From NCBI GenBank assembly GCA_964360965.1, contig CAYHYM010000006.1, positions 6,606 to 38,605 on the forward strand: a stretch of DNA of 32,000 nucleotides, read 5' to 3'. This document shows positions 8,349 to 15,046 of this stretch, piece after piece; position 1 is the first letter of the stretch; each line of letters begins with the position of its first letter. The notes beneath the pieces were generated by a model, which was given only the letters and a program-made list of their open reading frames with translations, was not told where the DNA came from and did no database searches. Source of the DNA: an uncultured Gammaproteobacteria bacterium. Lineage in GTDB: Bacteria > Patescibacteriota > Microgenomatia > Daviesbacterales > UBA10151. The position numbers and the translations under genes were made by a program.

Positions 8349-8960
8349 TTACTCCATTGTACGCTCAGGGCCTTGATCTCTATATGTATCAATAAACTGT
8401 CCTATTCTGGCAGCATCTAATGAATCAAACTTATCCAAGTATGTCCAAGCTGTTAGGGCAAAATTGGTATCAAGATTTTGTCTGGGAACAACTATTAATT
8501 TTCTTTGACCTTTTTTCTCGTAAACTTGAGCCAGTTGATCTTTCCTTCCTTCACACTCGTCATTGCGAGGAGCCGCAGGCGACGTGGCCCGCTTCGCCGA
8601 CTCAGCGAGGCGAGCAATCTCTTCATTTTCCGAGGAAGATTGCTTCCCCCTCGCTTCGCTCGGGGTCGCAATGACACATTTGTAACTCATGATAATATAC
8701 CCATGCTCCAATGAATGAACTAAGTTTCTATCATCTTTGGGCTCATCATAAACTCCTGCCCGAATCCAGTCCTCATAATGTTTACCGGAAGTTGGAGGAT
8801 TTGAATTATACTCAACTTGTTCCCCTATTGGTACATGTCCTCTGCCTAAATCATCCAGCTTGGTGCCAGGCAAAGGTTTTGAGGATTCAATAAACAGCCA
8901 AGCAAGAAAAACTACAACCAAGGCAGCTATCACCCCTGATATAACCCATTTGTTACCCAT
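8349..8960 (-). CDS. DUF3105-like membrane-anchored protein carrying a 39-codon repeat-element insertion
   Basis: 203 aa. N-terminal TM, then HVPIGEQVEYNSNPPTSGKHY...LVHSLEHGYIIMSY typical of DUF3105 (recalled). The GC-rich 117-bp element at 8559-8675 is translated in frame. Confidence 0.7.
   Translation of the reverse strand: MGNKWVISGVIAALVVVFLAWLFIESSKPLPGTKLDDLGRGHVPIGEQVEYNSNPPTSGKHYEDWIRAGVYDEPKDDRNLVHSLEHGYIIMSYKCVIATPSEARGKQSSSENEEIARLAESAKRATSPAAPRNDECEGRKDQLAQVYEKKGQRKLIVVPRQNLDTNFALTAWTYLDKFDSLDAARIGQFIDTYRDQGPERTME
8559..8675. repeat. 117-bp GC-rich palindromic mini-element (GTCATTGCGA...TCGCAATGAC) translated within DUF3105
   Basis: Perfect 10-bp terminal inverted repeat. About 62% GC by hand count, against an AT-rich background. 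39 codons, encoding VIATPSEARGKQSSSENEEIARLAESAKRATSPAAPRND. Confidence 0.85.
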
Positions 8961-9697
8961 TAGAAGATATTTTGTTGATTCTGGAAAACTAAATCATGAT
9001 ACTCCCAATACTTATTCTGGTCCCCGGCACATCTGGCTGCTTCTGCAGACTTTTGGGCTCCCGGGTGAATCTGGGGTAATGGAAAATCCCGATAGTAAAA
9101 CTTTACTTTACCGGTATCTATATATTCCTTATTTAGTTGCTGTTCAGTTTGAGTAAAATGCCTGGCGCAGAAAGGACACTGGTAATCAGAAAACTCCACC
9201 AAAGTCACTTTGGCAGAAGCCTTCCCCAGTGAAGGTAAATCACCATTTCCCACAGTTTCTCTTTGAACACTACCTGCTGCTGAACCAGAAAGTTCTTCTT
9301 CTATCACAGATTTAAATTGCTCAAAAGGAACTGCGCCGGAAATAAGCCTGCCATTGATAAAGAAGGCAGGAGTGCCATTAACCCCGGCTTTGGATCCCTC
9401 ATCTAAATCAGCCTGAACTAAAGAGGCTTTATTACCTGAATCCAAACAAGAGTCAAATTTACCTTGATCTAATTTTAGTTGTCCTGCCAGACTCTTCAAG
9501 CCCTTAACAATGTCTGCTTCAGTCTTAGCTTGTTGAGGTGCAGCAGGTTGAGCAGCAGTAGGAGCAGCTTGTTGTGGTTGAGTTGGCTTACCCAGTTTGA
9601 TAATCCCACCATGCATTAAAACAGCCACAGCCACCATCACAGATCCCAAAAGGATTGCAACCTGGGTAGATTTTAAGGGATTTAGGGAATTTTGCAT
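8960..9697 (-). CDS. Membrane-anchored DsbA/thioredoxin-fold thiol:disulfide oxidoreductase with apparently permuted segment order
   Basis: 245 aa. N-terminal TM and Q/A/P-rich linker. The CxxC segment VTLVEFSDYQCPFCARH...YWEYHDLVFQNQ lies at the C terminus. The segment that is normally C-terminal (LDQGKFDSCL...GVNGTPAFFINGRLISGAVPFEQFKSVIEEEL) lies first. Confidence 0.75.
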   Translation of the reverse strand: MQNSLNPLKSTQVAILLGSVMVAVAVLMHGGIIKLGKPTQPQQAAPTAAQPAAPQQAKTEADIVKGLKSLAGQLKLDQGKFDSCLDSGNKASLVQADLDEGSKAGVNGTPAFFINGRLISGAVPFEQFKSVIEEELSGSAAGSVQRETVGNGDLPSLGKASAKVTLVEFSDYQCPFCARHFTQTEQQLNKEYIDTGKVKFYYRDFPLPQIHPGAQKSAEAARCAGDQNKYWEYHDLVFQNQQNIF

Positions 9698-9711
9698 GTT
9701 GGCTTAGTTTA

Positions 9712-10305
9712 TCAATTGTACTGATTTTGTGCAACAGTCAAACCTTTTTCTAAAAGTATCTGTAAAGCCTTTACTGCTTGCTTTAGCATATGTTTAACCT
9801 GCGATCTTTCTGAATGTATAAAAGGCCCTAAAACAAAATGTTCAGCATTAAAATGTATTGCTTTGTGCTCTCCGCTTTGAGACTTTAAATTGCCAATTCC
9901 AAGTCTGACTCTGATAAATTGATCAGACCCCAAAGCGCTGATTACGGATTCTACCCCATGATGTCCTGCTGCTGCACCTCCCATTCTTACCTTAATTTTC
10001 CCCAAAGGCAAATCCAAATCATCATGAACCACAATTAGATTGGTAGGTGGCTCGCCTCGCGAAGCGGGTAGCCTGTAGTAGGTAGTAAGCAGTTTAACAG
10101 CTAGACCAGAATTATTCATGTAAGTTTGAGGACGAGCCAAAATTATCTCTTCTTTTTTTACTATTTCCGACTTAAATTTCTCTTCCATTCCCCAATCTCC
10201 CCAATCACCCTTACTTCTAAATTCCTCCACTGCCAAAAACCCTAAATTATGTCTGACACCTTCATATTTTTCCCCAGGATTTCCTAAACCAACTATTAAT
10301 TTCAT
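9712..10305 (-). CDS. pth: Peptidyl-tRNA hydrolase
   Basis: 197 aa. MKLIVGLGNPGEKYEGVRHNLGF, VVHDDLDLPLGKIKVR and GHHGVESV. ATGA overlap with the upstream gene. Confidence 0.9.
   Translation of the reverse strand: MKLIVGLGNPGEKYEGVRHNLGFLAVEEFRSKGDWGDWGMEEKFKSEIVKKEEIILARPQTYMNNSGLAVKLLTTYYRLPASRGEPPTNLIVVHDDLDLPLGKIKVRMGGAAAGHHGVESVISALGSDQFIRVRLGIGNLKSQSGEHKAIHFNAEHFVLGPFIHSERSQVKHMLKQAVKALQILLEKGLTVAQNQYN
10049..10068. repeat. Fragment of the 117-bp element family inside pth
   Basis: ggctcgcctcgcgaagcggg is the reverse complement of the modules cccgcttcgc...gcgaggcgagc within 8588-8616. It encodes ASRGEPP, in a spot where I recall E. coli Pth being about 7 residues shorter. Confidence 0.5.
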
Positions 10306-10958
10306 GTTAACAATTTTACCACCTCTTCATCTAAAACAGGGTTAAATTCATTATAAAACTGGCCAACTGCTTGAAAGTATTCCGGGGTCTCTAAAACCAC
10401 CACTTCCCCAATCCGCCGGCTGGCGGACCCTAATTCCCTAACTACCCTATCTACAGCTTCTTTGCTTGCCACAGGTACAGCCAAAATTATCTTTTTAGCC
10501 ATATGTCTTTTTAAATATCTAATAGCTGAAAGCATGGTGGCTCCGGTTGCTATCCCATCATCAACTAAAATAACAGTTTTCCCCCTTACCAGCTTCACAA
10601 GGCCAGGCCTTGCGTGCCTATATTCTTTTTCTCTCCTTTTAATCTCCTCTAACTCCCTTAATACCCCTAATTTTAACTGCTCAGGCCCAATTCCAAGTTC
10701 ACTTAACAATCCTTCTTCCCAAAACACCTCACCATCCGGGCCTACAGCTCCCAAAGCCAGTTCAGGCTGATTAGGGGCGCCAATTTTTCTGGTGACGACA
10801 ATATCTAAAGGTAACCTAAGCTGGCTGGCCACTTCTTTGGCCACTGCCACCCCTCCTCTGGGAATACCTAAAACAATTGCATCCCCAACATTCCTAAACT
10901 CCCCAAGTCTTTGAGCCAGTAATTTTCCAGCTGCTTGTCTATCTTTGAATATCTTCAT
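10302..10958 (-). CDS. Phosphoribosyltransferase-family protein
   Basis: 218 aa. PRPP-binding motif KTVILVDDGIATGATM and N-terminal VLGIPRGGV. Confidence 0.75.
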   Translation of the reverse strand: MKIFKDRQAAGKLLAQRLGEFRNVGDAIVLGIPRGGVAVAKEVASQLRLPLDIVVTRKIGAPNQPELALGAVGPDGEVFWEEGLLSELGIGPEQLKLGVLRELEEIKRREKEYRHARPGLVKLVRGKTVILVDDGIATGATMLSAIRYLKRHMAKKIILAVPVASKEAVDRVVRELGSASRRIGEVVVLETPEYFQAVGQFYNEFNPVLDEEVVKLLT

Positions 10959-10972
10959 AATATATCAGGAGC

Positions 10973-11010
10973 AGCGAAGTCACAATCCCACCCTGTGACG
11001 AGCTACGACC
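10973..11010. repeat. Intergenic GC-rich repeat module (agcgaagtc...tacgacc type)
   Basis: Shares both ends (agcgaagtc and tacgacc) with 22386-22420. Contains the internal hairpin gtcaca-N9-tgtgac. Confidence 0.5.
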
Positions 11011-12399
11011 TTAATCAAAAAGCCCTAATTGTGGAGCTTCAACTTGCTCCTCTTTAGCCGGATCCACTCCATCCTGCCATATCTTCACCACTCCATAAAC
11101 TCCATCATAGCCTGGGTCAATCACCAAATCTCCTAATCTTGCCTTTTCCACTCCTTCTGCTATTTTTGAGTCGGATATTTTTGTTATTTCAGAAGTTTCA
11201 ATCTTAGTTAATATTTTTAGCTCATTTCCCAATATCTTTGTTAACTTTTTATACTCATTTAATACTTTTTGGCTTGTTACAGAGGACTTTAATGCTTCTG
11301 AAATAATTTGTAAAAAAGGCACCAACATTCTATATCCGGGCCTATTTGCCATTGTTTGGCTTTTTATTACCCCATTCTCCCTGATCACCCCCAACTCACT
11401 AACATCCCTAACTGCAATCTCCTCCACTCTTTCCATCACCCCCACAGTCAAACCCCGACCGCATTTGGGGCAGGTAGCCCCTTTGGTTTTGGTATCCTCA
11501 GGAGAATATTTAATATTGCAATTTCTATGCCCGGTATAATGATACTTCCCTTCTTCAGGATAAAACTCAATAGTTCCTGCCACCTTGTCATCCCCGCGTA
11601 GGCGGGGATCCAATTTCGAACTAGAGTTGTTTAATTGGATTCCTGCATTCGCAGGAATGACGGTAGGGCTTTTAATTGCTCTATATAAACCATAATAGCT
11701 GAACTCTCCTTCTATGACTGTTGCCTCCCTACCCAAATTTGGTAAAGAATGAGCATCAGAAAAAGAAACAATAGATCTATTATCCAACTCCTTTATCCGC
11801 CAATTCATGGCCGGGTCGCTCGAGAGTCCTGTCTCAATTCCATAGATGTAATCTGTCAAATCTTCAAAACAGTCTTCCAAAGAATCATACCCTGATTCTG
11901 AACCAAATATTCCAAACCAGGGAGTCCAGGCATGCGCCGGGATAAAAAGGGTCTTTTCAGATGCTTGCAAAGCTAAACTTAATAAATCTTTGGAAGAAAT
12001 CCCCACAATCGGTCTTCCGTCAGAACCTAAAGTTGCCCTTCTTGATAAGAGGGCTTTTTGAAAAGCTTCAGCTGAAGCAAAATCAGGCATAAAAACCAGA
12101 TTGTGAACTCTTCTTACTCTACCTTTATGAGAATAAATAGAGGCAATCTCCACAGTTAAAACAAACTTGACCTCACTTCCAGCCAAAGGCTGGTCGTCCT
12201 TTGGACGAAAAAACCCTGATCCATCTTCTTTAAGCTGGCTTTTAAGTTCTGCAAACCAGAGAGGGTGTAAAAAATCCCCTGTCCCCAAAAGATCAATTCC
12301 CTTCAGCTTTGCCCACTCTGCTAGGTTCGGAATATTCAATTGTGGCGAACATGCCCTGGAAAACCTGGAATGAATATGCAAATCAGCTACATATGCCAT
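11011..12399 (-). CDS. PHP-domain endonuclease Q-like protein (TIGR00375-type) with zinc ribbon
   Basis: MAYVADLHIHSRFSRA, GTGDFLHPLW, FIPAHAWTPWFGIFGS, SSDPAMNWR, SFSDAHS, IEFYPEEGKYHYTGHR and CPKCGRGLTVGVMERV. The preferred ATG 12397-12399 lies 1 nt after the ligase stop (TAAtATG). The track's TTG at 12432 lies inside the ligase gene. The 75-bp element at 11587-11661 is translated in frame. Confidence 0.7.
   Translation of the reverse strand: MAYVADLHIHSRFSRACSPQLNIPNLAEWAKLKGIDLLGTGDFLHPLWFAELKSQLKEDGSGFFRPKDDQPLAGSEVKFVLTVEIASIYSHKGRVRRVHNLVFMPDFASAEAFQKALLSRRATLGSDGRPIVGISSKDLLSLALQASEKTLFIPAHAWTPWFGIFGSESGYDSLEDCFEDLTDYIYGIETGLSSDPAMNWRIKELDNRSIVSFSDAHSLPNLGREATVIEGEFSYYGLYRAIKSPTVIPANAGIQLNNSSSKLDPRLRGDDKVAGTIEFYPEEGKYHYTGHRNCNIKYSPEDTKTKGATCPKCGRGLTVGVMERVEEIAVRDVSELGVIRENGVIKSQTMANRPGYRMLVPFLQIISEALKSSVTSQKVLNEYKKLTKILGNELKILTKIETSEITKISDSKIAEGVEKARLGDLVIDPGYDGVYGVVKIWQDGVDPAKEEQVEAPQLGLFD
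11587..11661. repeat. 75-bp two-hairpin palindromic element translated within the EndoQ-like gene
   Basis: gtcatccccgcgtaggcggggatccaatttcgaactagagttgtttaattggattcctgcattcgcaggaatgac. 25 codons, VIPANAGIQLNNSSSKLDPRLRGDD. 66/75 identical by hand alignment to 20919-20993. Confidence 0.9.
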
Positions 12400-12400
12400 A

Positions 12401-14170
12401 TTATTTTTGGTATTGTTGATTATACATCTCAATTAACTCTTTAACTGTAGTGGCATCTTCAGCTTTTTTATCAGCCTCACGGAATTTAACTAAACGAGGA
12501 AACCTTAGGGCATATCCAGCCTGTCCTGAGCCTGCCGAAGGAGTTCTATCCATCCCGGCTGTATGATTTGGGGATCTGGTAATTTCATCTGCCAAAACTT
12601 CTATTACAATTTCCGGAGCTATCCAGACAGAAGGAACCAAGATAGCATTAACTCTGGCTGGTTTTTTATCTACCTTGATTTTGTCTGCTTTTTTGTGTAC
12701 CTCCCTCCATTCCTCATCTGTTAAACCTGTGCCAATTTTAGACACTGTCACAAATTCATCTTTTTTATCATCATAAACTCCTACCAATAGTGCCCCGGCA
12801 CCAAAAGCAGACCTCTTTCCTTTTCCAAAAATATATCCTAAAATTACACAATCAATGGTATCTTTTAACTCCCCGCTTGAATGTCTTTTCAGTTTTACCC
12901 AGTTAAAATTCCTGGCCCCTGCCTCATATTTGGAAGTGGGCCTTTTAACAATTAACCCCTCCAAACCTTTAGTGAGCGCATCATCAAAAAGTTCCTGTAT
13001 TCTGTCTGATGAATCCGTAATCTCACCTACTTCTGGAATTAATACTTCATTACCCTTGATTCTTGATTCTAAAAGCTTGATTCTCTCTCTTAATGGAGTA
13101 TCCATTAAAGATTTACCATCCAAATACATCACATCAAATACAAAAGCTTTTAATGGAAGCTTTGCCGCCATTTCCTCAATTCCATATTTGCGACGCCTTT
13201 TAGTGGTCTCCTGAAAAGGTAAAAATTCTTCAGATACCGGATTAAAAGCCAGGGCTTCTGAATCTAAAATTGCAGTTTTTGCTTTTACTTGTGACAAAAC
13301 TCCTTGGATAATATCCGGAAACATGGGGGTAGTTTCCTCTAAATTTCTGGAGAATAACCTAATTTTATCCCCGTCTTTGTGAATCTGTACTCTAAACCCG
13401 TCAAATTTTTGTTGCACATGAGCCTCCCAGCCAAATTTTTCCAGAATTGTTTTTGGATCCGGTAATCTTTCTGCCAATTGTGATCTGATGGGTCGACCTA
13501 CAGTTACATCCAATCCCCGAACTCCCCGAATCCCCCGACTCCACAAAATTTCTCCAATCAAACCTAAATCAGAAACGCGGTTATAAGCAGCCTCAAGAAT
13601 GGGTCGTTTGGCCCTGTCCCGAGCGAATACGAGGGCAAAAGCATCCAAAATTGTCGGGTCACCAATTCCCAATCTTGACACTCCCAAAGGAATCCTGACT
13701 AAATGCTTGGCACCTATTCCGTCTACTTTTTGTAAAAGTCCAGCCAAGCTGGATATTTTCTTTTCCACTGTTCCCTCCCCTGTGGTCTTTGCTATATTCC
13801 TAAGTGTTTCGAATACTTCATTTACTGTCATCCCGAATTTATTTCGGGATCTCTTTTGAGATTCTGAAACAAGTTCAGAATGACGTTCGGCTACCAATCC
13901 TAAATCCCCTATCCTTCCATATTCTTTGAGTACCTGCTCACGTTCTATTCCATAAGTTCTGGCCATGGCAGCTGCCACACTTTTCTCTGCCATGCCAATC
14001 TCTAATGGTTCATAAAATGGGGCCACCCTACCTTGTAGCAAATAACAAACCTTGGCTATCTCATCAGACTTTACTTTAGAAAAAAGCTCAGCCAAAATAT
14101 CAATCAGGACCAGTCTTGATGAGGTTCCTTCAAGTTTTTCAAAATACTCAGTCAGTTTTGCAAATAACAT
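12401..14170 (-). CDS. ATP-dependent DNA ligase (LigI/archaeal type)
   Basis: Adenylation motif QQKFDGFRVQIH, EGLIVK and LRFPRLVKFREADK. N-terminal DNA-binding-domain pattern FAKLTEYFEKLEGTSSRL. The preferred ATG 14168-14170 is preceded by AGGAAAC. The track's GTG at 14200 extends the ORF into a repeat solo arm (peptide SSLRRQGN). Confidence 0.85.
   Translation of the reverse strand: MLFAKLTEYFEKLEGTSSRLVLIDILAELFSKVKSDEIAKVCYLLQGRVAPFYEPLEIGMAEKSVAAAMARTYGIEREQVLKEYGRIGDLGLVAERHSELVSESQKRSRNKFGMTVNEVFETLRNIAKTTGEGTVEKKISSLAGLLQKVDGIGAKHLVRIPLGVSRLGIGDPTILDAFALVFARDRAKRPILEAAYNRVSDLGLIGEILWSRGIRGVRGLDVTVGRPIRSQLAERLPDPKTILEKFGWEAHVQQKFDGFRVQIHKDGDKIRLFSRNLEETTPMFPDIIQGVLSQVKAKTAILDSEALAFNPVSEEFLPFQETTKRRRKYGIEEMAAKLPLKAFVFDVMYLDGKSLMDTPLRERIKLLESRIKGNEVLIPEVGEITDSSDRIQELFDDALTKGLEGLIVKRPTSKYEAGARNFNWVKLKRHSSGELKDTIDCVILGYIFGKGKRSAFGAGALLVGVYDDKKDEFVTVSKIGTGLTDEEWREVHKKADKIKVDKKPARVNAILVPSVWIAPEIVIEVLADEITRSPNHTAGMDRTPSAGSGQAGYALRFPRLVKFREADKKAEDATTVKELIEMYNQQYQK
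12519..12543. repeat. Possible cctgagc...ccgaagg module fragment inside the ligase gene
   Basis: cctgtcctgagcctgccgaaggag resembles cctgagcgaggccgaagg at 21067-21087. It encodes PSAGSGQAG. Confidence 0.35.
13827..13884. repeat. About 58-bp two-hairpin palindromic element translated within the ligase gene
   Basis: gtcatcccgaatttatttcgggatctcttttgagattctgaaacaagttcagaatgac. Same GTCAT...ggatctc/gagattc...ATGAC architecture as 21718-21786. It is read in a different phase (HSELVSESQKRSRNKFGMT). Confidence 0.8.
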
Positions 14171-14177
14171 AAAGTTT

Positions 14178-14198
14178 CCTTGCCTTCGCAGGGACGAC
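14178..14198. repeat. Solo right arm of the 75-bp element in the ligase/GGDEF divergent intergenic region
   Basis: ccttgccttcgcagggacgac matches ccctgcattcgcagggacgac (20973-20993) at 19/21 positions. Confidence 0.65.
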
Positions 14199-14248
14199 AC
14201 TATGTGTCGATTGTAATAGATTAAGCAAATATTGTAAAATATGTTGCT

Positions 14249-15046
14249 ATGAGTTACCCTATAGAAGCTATGGTAGATGATGTAGAAACTGAAGTATCAA
14301 CACCCGCAAATGGTGCTGACCAATTAGATGTAAGTGACCCTAGAATACGGGAACTACTTGATGCCAATCGAGTGGTGAGAAAAATTGTTAAAGAGAATGG
14401 ACTATTATTTGAACAATTCCATTCTCAAGTAGACCCTAAAAAGCTTGATGAAGCCAAATATAGATCTGCCCTACATATTATTGAGGCTATGGGCTTAGAT
14501 TCCTTAATTGAAGAAATTTACAATAAACGGGGGTTTAACACACAATTAAAAATTGAAGTTGGACGAGCTCTTAGAAATAATCTACCACTTATTGTTTTGC
14601 TTCTAGATCTGGATGATTTTAAAAAAGTTAACACAAATTATGGTCTTCTAGAGGCAGACCAGACACTTGTTAGAATAGGTCAAGAGATTAAACAACATAC
14701 CAGGATGGTTGACACGGTAGCCCGTTGGGGAGGAGATGAATTTGGTATCATCTTACAAGATACCACAGCAGTTGAGGTTGTTGCAGTAGCGATGAGATTG
14801 CTTAGAGCTATTCCTTCTTTAGCACCAGAATACTCAGAATTAACTGCCTCAATAGGAATAGCCCAATTTGATGCTCCCGGTGATAAAGATGGTCAAGCTC
14901 TTTTTAGTAGAGCAGAATCAGCATTACGTGCAGCTAAAGAATTTGGTAAGGATCAGATAGTTATTGCTGGAACAGCTAATCAGGATTTATCAATTGAAAG
15001 CCTTGATGCTGGAATTCAAAACAAAGTTACTTTAATACATAAGTAG
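14249..15046 (+). CDS. GGDEF-domain diguanylate cyclase with a short N-terminal helical region
   Basis: 265 aa. LLLDLDDFKKVNTNYG and ARWGGDEFGIIL. An RxxD I-site candidate (RMVD) lies 5 residues before GGDEF. Confidence 0.8.
   Translation: MSYPIEAMVDDVETEVSTPANGADQLDVSDPRIRELLDANRVVRKIVKENGLLFEQFHSQVDPKKLDEAKYRSALHIIEAMGLDSLIEEIYNKRGFNTQLKIEVGRALRNNLPLIVLLLDLDDFKKVNTNYGLLEADQTLVRIGQEIKQHTRMVDTVARWGGDEFGIILQDTTAVEVVAVAMRLLRAIPSLAPEYSELTASIGIAQFDAPGDKDGQALFSRAESALRAAKEFGKDQIVIAGTANQDLSIESLDAGIQNKVTLIHK

Noticed and set aside
8420-8714. Overlapping ORFs of 60-84 aa on both strands (8420-8674 +, 8505-8714 +, 8495-8677 -)
   Set aside because: All are centred on the GC-rich 117-bp palindromic element, which is stop-free in several frames. 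They lie inside the well-supported DUF3105 ORF, and their peptides are Arg/Ser/Pro-rich repeat translations.
9521-9600. Repetitive gcagc/ttg-rich stretch in the DsbA-like gene
   Set aside because: This is a low-complexity Gln/Ala/Pro linker (QPQQAAPTAAQPAAPQQA) after the TM helix. It is not related to the palindromic elements.
10411-10430. GC-rich patch atccgccggctggcggaccc in the phosphoribosyltransferase gene (peptide SASRRIG)
   Set aside because: It forms a short hairpin, but I found no second copy or shared module in the window. It was not counted as an element.
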